Source: a virus
Lineage: Duplodnaviria > Caudoviricetes
Strand: one strand, 5' to 3'
IMG/VR virus record: IMGVR_UViG_3300046171_000048
Coordinates: 1 to 50,335 of that record
Length of the DNA stretch: 50,335 nt
Shown here: positions 7,355 to 17,032 of the stretch, one piece after another
How the letters are laid out: each line of letters starts with the position of its first letter
Position numbering within the stretch: the stretch's first letter is position 1
The notes under the pieces: model-generated
Told to the model about the DNA's origin: nothing
Database searches by the model: none
The model's input: only the letters and a program-made list of their open reading frames with translations
Program-made: the position numbers and the translations under genes

Positions 7355-7674
7355 TGAAAGATATTAAAATAGGATATAGAAACTATAAGATAAAAAATTT
7401 AGATTCTATCGTATCAAAGTGCAATGAAATAAATGGACAGTTTCTTGCATCGGATGGAATGATAGCTTTATCATCAACAGAAGATGACATATCTCATACT
7501 AATACTTTAATACATGAAATACTTCATGCTATAGTATATCAATGGGGAATAGAATTAGATGATAAAGAAGAAGAAAAAATTTGCAATACTCTTGCGAATG
7601 GACTAACAACTGTATATGTAGACAACCCTTGGTTACTACCTTACATACAGAAACAACTAAAAGGAGACAAATAA
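7354..7674 (+). CDS. small HExxH Zn-metallopeptidase-like protein
   Basis: TLIHEILHA motif, downstream EEKIC. Confidence 0.7.
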   Translation: MKDIKIGYRNYKIKNLDSIVSKCNEINGQFLASDGMIALSSTEDDISHTNTLIHEILHAIVYQWGIELDDKEEEKICNTLANGLTTVYVDNPWLLPYIQKQLKGDK

Positions 7675-7675
7675 A

Positions 7676-7891
7676 ATGGCAATAATGAAACAATACAAGC
7701 AAGGAGAACTTCCTGAAAACATGTATGGAAACGAAGCCTCAAAGCAGGGCGATTCCAAAACTAATGTTGTAAAGGGTGCTACAGCTTTACCTGCAGATGA
7801 TTACAGTGAAACAGATGTAACAGCAGGTAGAAAAGCAAAAAATACTGTAGACAAAAAAGTTTTCTCAATGGCGGACGAAAGAGATTACTAA
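7676..7891 (+). CDS. hypothetical protein
   Basis: 71 aa, SD AAGGAG. Confidence 0.7.
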   Translation: MAIMKQYKQGELPENMYGNEASKQGDSKTNVVKGATALPADDYSETDVTAGRKAKNTVDKKVFSMADERDY

Positions 7892-7901
7892 GGAAATATA
7901 A

Positions 7902-10034
7902 ATGCCACATAGTAATATAGGCAGTAGTGGCTTATCTGAAACTGATGAAGTAAAATCATTAGATGATGCTAAAGATGATTCTTATAGTAATCTAGGTTCT
8001 TTAATTGAATCTAGATTAAAAGAAGCAGAACAGGCACGTCTATATGATGAAAAAAGATGGTTAAGGTCTTACAGAAACTATAGAGGAATCTATGGTTCTG
8101 ATATGGCTTTTCGTGATTCAGAGAAGTCTAAAGTATTTGTTAAGGTAACAAAGACTAAAGTATTAGCTTCTTATGGACAGCTTATCGAAGTGTTATTTTC
8201 ACAAGGTAAGTTTCCTATTGGAATACAACCTACTTCAGACCCTTTAGGTGTAGCTAAATACGCACACATAAAACCCGACAACTTAAAACAACAAGATGAA
8301 AGAATGGAAGACATCTATGGTTTTGAAGGTGATGGTAGAGAAATATCTCCGGGTGCTACTGCAGATGAAATACTAAATGGTTTAAAAAGTAAATACGAAA
8401 AAGCAGGATTTGAAGAAGGTGCAGCACCTGATTTAAAATCAATGCCTCAAATAGAACCTGCAAATGAGGCAGCTAAAAACATGGAAACTTTAATCCATGA
8501 CCAGTTAGAAGAGTCACATGCAATATCTGTAATGAGACATGTTTTATTTGAAATGTGTTTATTAGGTACAGGTATTCTTAAAGGACCTTTTAACTATGAA
8601 CAAGCAGAACATAAATGGGAACTAAACGAAGAAGGTGAAAGAGAATATAAACCTATTAATAAATTAGTTCCAAGAGTAGAAGCAGTTAGTTGTTGGGATT
8701 TTTATCCTGACCCAGATGCTGTTACTATTGATGATGCAGACTATGTTATACAAAGACACGTATATAATAGAACACAACTTAGAGATTTAGCTAATAGACC
8801 TTTCTTTAGAGAAAGTGCAATTAAAGATTGTTTAGCAGTAGGTTCTAATTATGAAACAAGAAGTTATGAAACAGCATTATATGATAGAGAAAATCAAGAA
8901 GAGTTTAGTAAGAATAGATACGAAGTCCTAGAGTATTGGGGTACAATGGACAAAGACTTTGTAGAAGAAACTGGTATCGATATCCCCACAGATTTAAAAA
9001 CAGAATTAGACGAAGTGCAAATTAATGCATGGATATGTAATGGACATATACTAAGATTAGTATTAAATCCTTTTACTCCTGCAAGAATACCTTTTATGAT
9101 TGCACCTTATGAAATTAATCCATATCAATTCTTTGGAGTAGGTATTCCAGAAAATATGGATGACGCACAAACAATTATGAATGGTCATGCAAGAATGGCT
9201 ATTGATAATTTAGCACTAGCAGGAAATTTAGTATTTGACGTAGATGAAACTATGTTAGTACCCGGTCAGGACATGTCAGTTTATCCGGGAAAAATTTTTA
9301 GAAGACAAAGTGGACAAACAGGACAAGCTATACATGGTTTAAGATTCCCAAACACTGCACCAGAAAATATGCAAATGTTTGATAGGTTTAGACAACTAGC
9401 AGATGAATCCACAGGTATACCATCTTATTCACATGGACAAACAGGTATACAGTCTACAACAAGAACAGCATCAGGTATGTCTATGTTAATGGGTGCTGCA
9501 GCTTTAAATATTAAAACAGTAATTAAAAACATAGATGATTATTTATTAAAGCCATTAGGTGAATCTTTCTATCAATGGAATATGCAATTTAATAAAGATA
9601 TTCCAGAAATACAAGGTGACTTAGGAGTTAAAGCAAGAGGTACATCTTCTTTAATGATGAAAGAAGTAAGGTCACAAAGATTAATGACATTTATGCAAGT
9701 AGCATCAAATCAGTTCTTAGCACCTTTTGTAAAATGGCATAGTATTATTAAAGAGATTGCAAAGTCGTTAGATGTAGACCCTGACCAAGTTGTTAATGAC
9801 CCAGAACAAGCAGCAATATTTATGAAACTTATGGGAGAAGCAAATGGAAATCAACAAACTCAAGGCCCTAACCCACAACAAGGTGGCATGGGACCTACTA
9901 ACGGAGTACCTGCAGGAGCAAATATTACAGACACACAAGGGTCTGGAGGTGGCAACATCGGAGTCGGAACTCCACAAGTTGCAGGGGAAAGCGGCTTTAC
10001 TGCACCAGATAATGAACCTCAAGGAACAGCTTAA
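7902..10034 (+). CDS. portal (head-tail connector) protein
   Basis: 710 aa after terL; podoviral portal-like motifs (GTGILKGP, VSCWDFYPDP, PYE.NPY.FFGVG, RTASGMSMLM). Confidence 0.9.
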   Translation: MPHSNIGSSGLSETDEVKSLDDAKDDSYSNLGSLIESRLKEAEQARLYDEKRWLRSYRNYRGIYGSDMAFRDSEKSKVFVKVTKTKVLASYGQLIEVLFSQGKFPIGIQPTSDPLGVAKYAHIKPDNLKQQDERMEDIYGFEGDGREISPGATADEILNGLKSKYEKAGFEEGAAPDLKSMPQIEPANEAAKNMETLIHDQLEESHAISVMRHVLFEMCLLGTGILKGPFNYEQAEHKWELNEEGEREYKPINKLVPRVEAVSCWDFYPDPDAVTIDDADYVIQRHVYNRTQLRDLANRPFFRESAIKDCLAVGSNYETRSYETALYDRENQEEFSKNRYEVLEYWGTMDKDFVEETGIDIPTDLKTELDEVQINAWICNGHILRLVLNPFTPARIPFMIAPYEINPYQFFGVGIPENMDDAQTIMNGHARMAIDNLALAGNLVFDVDETMLVPGQDMSVYPGKIFRRQSGQTGQAIHGLRFPNTAPENMQMFDRFRQLADESTGIPSYSHGQTGIQSTTRTASGMSMLMGAAALNIKTVIKNIDDYLLKPLGESFYQWNMQFNKDIPEIQGDLGVKARGTSSLMMKEVRSQRLMTFMQVASNQFLAPFVKWHSIIKEIAKSLDVDPDQVVNDPEQAAIFMKLMGEANGNQQTQGPNPQQGGMGPTNGVPAGANITDTQGSGGGNIGVGTPQVAGESGFTAPDNEPQGTA

Positions 10035-10038
10035 ATAA
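9844..10038 (+). CDS. small helical protein nested in the portal C-terminus (+1 frame)
   Basis: SD GGAG at 9834; LKAL....AWDLL.EYL...ELHKLQGKA.LL..I.NLKE resembles the small gene that follows portals in related podophages. Confidence 0.65.
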   Translation: MEINKLKALTHNKVAWDLLTEYLQEQILQTHKGLEVATSESELHKLQGKAALLHQIMNLKEQLK

Positions 10039-11373
10039 ATGTCCGCACTATCTGACCTACAAAAAAAATTAGAAAAAGAATCACAAGGAATTATGTTTCC
10101 TTTTAGTGCTAATGCATCTACAGTTAGTACAACACAAAATGTGTATGATTCTGCAACAGATGGTATTATGACTATGACAGGTCAAAAATATGTAGGGCCA
10201 GATGCAGTAGTGCAATATGGAACAGAAGAACAAGGTTATCCTAGAAATCTAAAACAAATAGAAGCACCAATGCTTCCACAAGTATCTAATTTACCACCAC
10301 AAGGAACAGGTATAATGGAGGCAGGACCGGGTACTTCAACACCCTCTCCTATCGTTGAACAACCTAAAACAGACCCATGCCCTCCGGGATATAGATTAGT
10401 TAATGGTGTATGTCAATTAATAGAACAACAACCTCAACAAGATAGAGGTAAAAATAGACCAACATTCACTGGTCCTAAAATTTCTAAAGAAGGAATTATA
10501 GATGGTTATAAATCTGCATTAAGTAGAGCAGAAGGTGCAATAAATGCAGGTGGACTAAATAGTATGGCTATGAAAAGATTAGAAGAAGAGCATGGAGCAG
10601 CATTTGCATCAAAGGTAGGTTTATTAAATCAAAAATATAGAAACAGAGGAGTTCAAATATCTAAACAAGGTTTAGCAACTGATGACCCTGAAATAAAAAG
10701 ATTACAAACAGTATATGGGCAAGAAAGAGTAGATAAAGATTATACACTATCTGCAGATGGAAAGTATTATAGAATAGTAGCAACATCTCCAAAACCATCT
10801 GAGGTAACAGGAGATATGATTGGAGCAATAGTAGAAGTAGTAGAAGGTTACTTCGAAAAAGGACCAATACTACCAAAAATAGCAAATGACCTTTTAAATT
10901 ATTTTAATAAAGATAAACCTTCAAAAGATTTTGGTAAACTTACAGGTGCAGATACTTTTGGACAATTACAAAGAAATATTGATGTAGCAAATTTAGAGAT
11001 TACAGCAGCTACAGAAGCATTACAACAAATAGCAAATTCTACAAAATATAGAGAAGAAAGAACAGATGACCAAATAGATGGTGATATACGAGCACAACAA
11101 AGAAAAATTGAAAAAGCAAAACAAACTATAGAAGAAAGCAATGACATGATGCAAGGAACAAGTGCAAAAGAAGATAGAAAAATAGCAGCAAGAATAGCTA
11201 GTGATATTAATAGGCCTGAAGAAATAGCTAGAAAAGCAGCACAAAGAAAAACTGAAAAAGAAAATAGAGCAAAACAAGGTGGTTTTAAAACATCTCAACA
11301 AAGAACAAAAGACTTTAAAAAATTATCAAAAGATTTAAGTAGTTTTAGAAAAAACTTTATGAAGAATAAGTAG
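10039..11373 (+). CDS. hypothetical virion-region protein
   Basis: 444 aa; CPPGY..VNGVC motif, coiled-coil C-terminus. Confidence 0.7.
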   Translation: MSALSDLQKKLEKESQGIMFPFSANASTVSTTQNVYDSATDGIMTMTGQKYVGPDAVVQYGTEEQGYPRNLKQIEAPMLPQVSNLPPQGTGIMEAGPGTSTPSPIVEQPKTDPCPPGYRLVNGVCQLIEQQPQQDRGKNRPTFTGPKISKEGIIDGYKSALSRAEGAINAGGLNSMAMKRLEEEHGAAFASKVGLLNQKYRNRGVQISKQGLATDDPEIKRLQTVYGQERVDKDYTLSADGKYYRIVATSPKPSEVTGDMIGAIVEVVEGYFEKGPILPKIANDLLNYFNKDKPSKDFGKLTGADTFGQLQRNIDVANLEITAATEALQQIANSTKYREERTDDQIDGDIRAQQRKIEKAKQTIEESNDMMQGTSAKEDRKIAARIASDINRPEEIARKAAQRKTEKENRAKQGGFKTSQQRTKDFKKLSKDLSSFRKNFMKNK

Positions 11374-11383
11374 GAGATAAAAT

Positions 11384-11695
11384 ATGGAAGAAGAAATGAG
11401 ACAAGGTATGATGGGAGCAGATGTTGACACATCTCCTGCTGCTGCTCAACCTATGGAACTAACTGTATCAGCCAGAGAAGTTTCAAATAATTTACAAAAT
11501 CTTGAAGAGCAAGAAATAGAATTAATTACACAACTAAACGTACCACAGTTTAGAGATTTTATGTCTAAAGTATTTGGACAAGAGTTTGGTATGGTAATGC
11601 AAGAAGCTATACCTGAACCACAAGTTTCACCGCAAGGAGAAAGCCCTGCACCTACACAAGGTCAGGGAATGATGACGCAGCCACCCTCTCAATAG
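11384..11695 (+). CDS. hypothetical acidic protein
   Basis: 103 aa, SD AGGAG. Confidence 0.7.
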   Translation: MEEEMRQGMMGADVDTSPAAAQPMELTVSAREVSNNLQNLEEQEIELITQLNVPQFRDFMSKVFGQEFGMVMQEAIPEPQVSPQGESPAPTQGQGMMTQPPSQ

Positions 11696-11710
11696 AGGCC
11701 CTGCATATAG

Positions 11711-11737
11711 GGGGCGACCTGAATCCAACAGCACCCC
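11711..11737 (+). promoter_or_regulatory. GC-rich hairpin with internal loop next to scaffold SD
   Basis: GGGG-cgac-CTG-aatccaa-CAG-ca-CCCC directly before AAGGAG. Confidence 0.5.
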
Positions 11738-11749
11738 GAAGGAGAATAA

Positions 11750-12595
11750 ATGGAACAAGACAATAAAGAAACTCCTGTTGTAGAAGAAAATTCCGAAGCA
11801 ACAGAAGATGTCGCAACTCCGACTCCATATAAGCATCCGAGTAGGAACTTAATGGACAAGGAAGTCGAAACAACAGCTACCGAGGAATCTAAGGAAGAAA
11901 CTGACGAGAAGAAACCTAAAGAAGACCGCCCTGTAGGAGTAGAAGATGCCGCTTTTAAGAAGCGATATGACGATTTAAAACGGCATTATGATGAGACAAT
12001 ATCTAAGCACAAAGATGAAGTTCTCAAACTAAAGAAAGAAAAGGAAGCAGTTGCTTCTCAACCTATTTTTAAATCTAAAGAAGATTTAGAAGAGTGGAGA
12101 AAAGACTATCCTGATATGTATGATTCTGTTATGCAATTGACTACAGAAGCTACACTTAAATCTAAACAAGAAATGGAAGAACAATTGTTGGAAATAAAAA
12201 AACAACAATCTTCTTTGTCTAGAGATAGGGCAGAAGTAGAACTTGCTAAGAAGCATCCAGACTTTAAAGAGATTCGTGAAAGCGGAGATTTTCATGACTG
12301 GGCTTCTGTACAGGATAGTACAGTACAATCTTGGCTTTATGATAATAGTGACAATCCAAAATCTGCAGCACGTGCAATTGACTTGTACAAGTATGACAGA
12401 GGACTTTCTACTAAGAAGGTAAACTATGATGCAAAGAAAGAAGCAGCGAAAGCAGTTTCTAAAACTAAAGTATCTGAAACACCAACTGATAAGAAACAAT
12501 GGACTTGGGCAGCTATTAAATCTATGAAACCAGACGAGTACTCTAAGTTTGAAGCGGATATTGATAAGGCTCATAGAGAAGGTCGCATCGTATAA
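11750..12595 (+). CDS. capsid scaffolding protein
   Basis: Acidic N-terminus, FKKRYDDLKRH coiled coil, HPDF..IR.S..FH.W, C-terminal I.KA.REGRI; precedes MCP. Confidence 0.85.
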   Translation: MEQDNKETPVVEENSEATEDVATPTPYKHPSRNLMDKEVETTATEESKEETDEKKPKEDRPVGVEDAAFKKRYDDLKRHYDETISKHKDEVLKLKKEKEAVASQPIFKSKEDLEEWRKDYPDMYDSVMQLTTEATLKSKQEMEEQLLEIKKQQSSLSRDRAEVELAKKHPDFKEIRESGDFHDWASVQDSTVQSWLYDNSDNPKSAARAIDLYKYDRGLSTKKVNYDAKKEAAKAVSKTKVSETPTDKKQWTWAAIKSMKPDEYSKFEADIDKAHREGRIV

Positions 12596-12649
12596 ACAGT
12601 TAACTCATATCAATTTTAATAATAACTAATAAATAATAGGAGAAAAAAG

Positions 12650-13569
12650 ATGGCTTTTGATAAAGTATCAGGTAATAATAATCTAGCTAACGGAAACTTT
12701 AGCCCGATTATCTATTCCCAAAAAGTCCAGAAGTTCTTTCGTACCGCATCAGTAGTAGAAGCAATTACTAACACTGACTATGCAGGTGAGATTGAAGCTT
12801 ATGGAGACACAGTAAACATCATAAAAGAACCTACTATTACTGTTAGTGCGTACTCAAGAGGAGCGGTTGTTGATGCACAAGATATCACTGATGACCAAAT
12901 CCAATTGACTGTCGACCAAGCAAACGCATTTTCATTTAAAGTTGATGACATTGAGGAAAGACATTCTCATGTTAACTTTGAAAGTGTTGCAACTTCTTCT
13001 GGTGCTTATGCACTTAAGAACGCTTATGACAAAAACGTAATCGCAGCAATGGTAGCAGGAGTTAGTTCATCTAGCCCTGACCACTTACTAGGAGCAGACT
13101 CAGGCTCTGGAGAAGACCAAGATGTAGGTTTTGCTTCAGGCGAAATTGACCCAGTTGACACAATCTCTAAAGTAAATAGATTGTTAAACGCATCTGATGT
13201 ACCAGAAGAGAACCGATGGTTCTTAGGCTGGTCCAGAATTTGTAGAGCAATTAGGTCAAGCATCTAGCAAACTAATGAGTGATACTACAGGTAACGCAGC
13301 ACCATTAAGAAATGGTAAAGTTATTCGGTGGTAAGATTATGAACATGGACGTATATATGACAAACAACTTCGCAGCAAGTTCAACTTCGAACTTCTTCAA
13401 AGTATTAGGTGGTCATATGTCATCTACAGCGACAGCTAACCATATCGCAAAGATTGAAGTTATCAGACACCCTGAAACTTTTTCTGATGTAGTTAGAGGT
13501 CTTCATGTATTTGGAAGAAAAGTACTAAGAGACAATGCTCTCGTTCTTTCACATATCAAAATAGACTAA
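12650..13569 (+). CDS. major capsid protein (two apparent +1 indels near 13227 and 13323)
   Basis: FSP.IYS.KV..FFR..SV.EAITNTDY.GEI...GDTV.IIKEP, VPEE.RWF, and C-terminal R.PETFSDVVRGLHVFGRKVLR continue across frames. Confidence 0.9.
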
Positions 13570-13586
13570 TAGGAGGTAATGATTAA

Positions 13587-14060
13587 ATGGCAACTTTAAC
13601 AGTAACAGGCAACACAGCATCTCCTGCAGCACTACCAACAGGTAAGGCAGTCAGATGTGTGTCACAAGTAGTAGACTTTTCTAAGTTTACAAATGCAAGT
13701 GGTGACGTTATACAAGTAATAGAAGTACCTGCAAACACTTTATGTTTGTATGCAGGTCTAGATGTTTTAACTGCAGATGGTGCAGGTAATTCAGGAACTC
13801 TATCACTTGGTGATGGTGCAGACGTAGATGCTTTTGTATCTGCTTCAACTGCAACCGCAGGTATGGAAGTAACTAGAGCAAGAGCAGGAGACAGTTCAAT
13901 GGGTACAACATCTATTGGATATAGAGTCTATGCTGCTGCTGACACTATTGATTTAGTAATTGCAACAGGTGCTATTGACGCAAAAGTCAGAGTATTCTGT
14001 GTACTTGCTGACTTCGATGGTGAAGGTGATTCCGAAGCACAAAAAGTAACATTTGCATAA
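13587..14060 (+). CDS. capsid decoration/cement-like protein
   Basis: 157 aa beta-rich (GDVIQ..EVPANT, TLSLGDG.D.D, AADTIDL) directly after MCP; SD AGGAGG. Confidence 0.65.
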   Translation: MATLTVTGNTASPAALPTGKAVRCVSQVVDFSKFTNASGDVIQVIEVPANTLCLYAGLDVLTADGAGNSGTLSLGDGADVDAFVSASTATAGMEVTRARAGDSSMGTTSIGYRVYAAADTIDLVIATGAIDAKVRVFCVLADFDGEGDSEAQKVTFA

Positions 14061-14077
14061 TATTATGCAGATACATA

Positions 14078-14102
14078 GGGAGGGGTTTATGCCCCTCCTT
14101 TT
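14078..14102 (+). terminator. intrinsic terminator after capsid genes
   Basis: GGGAGGGG-tttatg-CCCCTCCT followed by T-run. Confidence 0.8.
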
Positions 14103-14111
14103 AAAACAAAT

Positions 14112-14384
14112 ATGAAATTATTTATTGCAGTTATAATTATTTTTAATGGTCAAATAGACCCTAATGTGTTTACTTATCAGTATGCAGCATTTAATAAAAT
14201 GGATGTTTGTACTGCTTTTTTAGAAAAAAATAATGATATAGTAGAACAGTCAATAGAAGACCAATTTCCTTCTACAACTATAGATAGCAAAATGATAGTT
14301 TGTATGACTGAACAAGAAATTAGAAAACTTTCAAATCAAACCCAAGGAATTAAATGGCAAACACAAGAACATATTTACAATTAA
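14112..14384 (+). CDS. hypothetical protein (hydrophobic N-terminus, two Cys)
   Basis: 90-aa ORF. Confidence 0.6.
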   Translation: MKLFIAVIIIFNGQIDPNVFTYQYAAFNKMDVCTAFLEKNNDIVEQSIEDQFPSTTIDSKMIVCMTEQEIRKLSNQTQGIKWQTQEHIYN

Positions 14385-15487
14385 CTAATTTTGTTTTAAA
14401 TGAATTGAATGAAGTGGAACTTACAAGTTCTAACTTTAGTTCAAGTAGAGGTGTACAAACTTCTGCTAAAAATTTTATCAACAAAGCTATTAATGATTTA
14501 TATATGGCTGAAGTGGAATGGCCTTGGTTACATACAGACGGAACTCAAGTAGCTATTACAGGACAACAAGAGTATGATTTTCCTGCAGCATTTAGAAAAG
14601 CAAACTTTGATTCTTTTAGAATAGCACCTACTAATTTAATTACTAATGGTGAATTTACATCTGATATAACTAGTTGGACTACAATAGCAGGTTCTGGTAG
14701 TGCAGCTTATAACTCTGCAGGTAATGGTAGATTAAGATTAAATGATTTTGCAGCACATCAATCTATATCAACTATTGTAGGAGAAACTTATAATATATCT
14801 GTTAGAGCATTTGATTCAAACTCTACAGGACAAGCTTTTAAAGTTCAAGTAGGAACTGCAGCAGAAGGAACACAGAATTTAAATAGTACAATTACAGTTA
14901 CAGATTTTGGTAATGGTGAAATACTATCAACAACATTTACAGCAACTGCAGCTACAACTTTTGTAACTTTAAATAATACAACCACAGCTACAAATATGGA
15001 TGTAGATTATGTAAGAGTTAAAAGACAAGAAGAAGCCGTTAAATTAAAACCTATGACTTATGATGGATTTTTACAAGGTGCATTTAGAAAAGATGTAGCA
15101 GCTAACGATTCACAATATGGTAAACCTTTATTTGTTTATAGAACACCTGACCACAAAAGTTTTGGATTATCACCTATACCTAAGTTTGATGATTACACAG
15201 TATTTTATGAGTACTATAAAACACATACAGAGTTATCAGCACATGGCGATACAATGGATTTGCCGGACATCTATGCAGACGTAATAGTTAATAGAGCAAA
15301 ATATTATTTATATAAATTAAAAAATGATGTACCTATGGCTAATATATCTAATGCAGAATATGAAGAAGGTGTTAGAAGAATTAGAACTGAAATGTTAAAT
15401 CATATTGAATATATGAAAGACACTAGAGTTAATCTTAATACTTCTAATAGAACAACAAGTAACACTTCAGTATTAACTGTAACATAG
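14354..15487 (+). CDS. head-tail adaptor / tail tubular protein A with inserted carbohydrate-binding-like domain
   Basis: TYLQLTN.VL.ELNEVELT, IN.AI.D.....EWPW N-terminus; central NLITNGEF...W...VDYVRVK jelly-roll; GLSPIP C-terminal part. Confidence 0.75.
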   Translation: MANTRTYLQLTNFVLNELNEVELTSSNFSSSRGVQTSAKNFINKAINDLYMAEVEWPWLHTDGTQVAITGQQEYDFPAAFRKANFDSFRIAPTNLITNGEFTSDITSWTTIAGSGSAAYNSAGNGRLRLNDFAAHQSISTIVGETYNISVRAFDSNSTGQAFKVQVGTAAEGTQNLNSTITVTDFGNGEILSTTFTATAATTFVTLNNTTTATNMDVDYVRVKRQEEAVKLKPMTYDGFLQGAFRKDVAANDSQYGKPLFVYRTPDHKSFGLSPIPKFDDYTVFYEYYKTHTELSAHGDTMDLPDIYADVIVNRAKYYLYKLKNDVPMANISNAEYEEGVRRIRTEMLNHIEYMKDTRVNLNTSNRTTSNTSVLTVT

Positions 15488-15488
15488 T

Positions 15489-17029
15489 ATGGCAGCAACA
15501 CAACCTTCAGTAGTTAGTTTAGGTGGAGGATTAATCTTAAACAAAGATGTGTTCTCTATGTCTCCGGGAGAGGCCCTACAACTACAAAACTTTGAGCCAG
15601 ACATTGAAGGTGGTTATAAAAAAATATTAGGAACTACAAAGTTTAATTCTAATATATGCCCACAAGTATCTGCTTCTACAGAAAGAGTAGTATTTACTGC
15701 AATCTTTAATGATGTAGTTTTAGCAGGTAGAGGTGGCAGCATACATAGAGCAAGTTCAGGGGATGGTAGTTGGACATCTACTATTACAAGTTTAGGTACA
15801 CCTACACAAAACTATGAACATAGATTATTTAACTTTGATGGTACAGATAAGATTGTTATTGCTACAGGCAACTTCTAATCCACAAATATTAAATAGTTCT
15901 TTTAGTACATCTGTCGTTAGTGCATCAGGAACAGCTAACTTTAAGTTTGTAGAAGTATTTAAGAATCATATATTCTTTTCAGGTGATGCTAGTAACAAAC
16001 AACAGATTAGTTTTATGGGGCCAACCTTAACTAATGATTTTACGATCTAATAATGGTGGTGGAACTATTAAAGTTGATACAGAGATTGTAGGACTAAAAG
16101 CTTTCCGTGATACTTTATTTATATTTGGACAAGATAAAATATTTAAATTAACAGGAACTAGTTCTTCTAATTTTGCAGTACAACCTGTCACTAGAAGTAT
16201 TGGATGTACAGACGGAAGAAGTATTCAAGAACTTGCAGGTGATGTTGTATTTTTAGCACCTGATGGTTTAAGAACTATTGCAGGTACAGAAAGAATTGAT
16301 GATATAGAATTAGGTACTGTATCAAAACAAATACAAAAAAGAATTAATGAAATAACTACACATAATATTAACTCAGTAGTTATTAGAAATAAATCACAAT
16401 ACAGATTATTTTTTCCTACATCAACTTCACAAGCAGAAGATTCATCAAGAGGATTATTATCTGTCATTAAAGCTAATCCTAATACAGGTCAATTAGGTTT
16501 TGAGTATGGTGATGTAAAAGGTTTAAAAGTTTCTAGTGCTGATTCAGGATTTATATCAGGAACAGAAACAATATTATCTGGTGGTTATGATGGTTATGTA
16601 TATAAACAAGAATCAGGAAATGTTTTTACACAAGCAGCTACAACAGTAAATATAAGTAGTATTTATAGGTCACCTGATATGACTATGGGAGACCCCGGAA
16701 TTAGAAAAAGTTTTCAAAAAGTAATTTGGAATATTGACCCAACAGGTGCATTATCATCTAGCTTTTTATTAGAGTATGATTTTAGTGATGATGAAGTACC
16801 ACAACCAGAACCCTACACATTATCTCAAACAGGTAATATAGCACAGTATGGTTTAGCAGAATCTGTTTTTGGAACAGCCGTATATGGTTCTACAGGTTCT
16901 AACTTAATTAGACAACCAGTCGAGGGGAGTGGTTTTACAGTTGCAGCAAAGATATTAGATGCAACAAGCAACAGTCCAGTAGCCTTAAAAGGTTTTGAAA
17001 TGGAATTTATAGCAGGAGGAAGAAGATAA
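15489..17029 (+). CDS. tail nozzle / tubular protein B-like (frameshifted near 15870 and 16040)
   Basis: GGL.LN.D....PGEAL.LQNFEPDI.GGY, IGC....SIQE.AGD.VFLAPDGLRT, YRSPD..MGDPGIRK across three ORFs. Confidence 0.8.
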
Positions 17030-17032
17030 CAT

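Noticed and set aside
12086-12574. Long antisense ORFs (also 18841-19356, 27681-28109, 43243-43800 and similar)
   Set aside because: Shadow frames opposite well-supported genes, with composition explained by sense-strand codon bias.
13200-13330. Programmed frameshift or split major capsid gene
   Set aside because: Two single-base insertions restore a normal MCP. Similar breaks occur in nozzle, PolA, primase and internal proteins, consistent with long-read indel errors.
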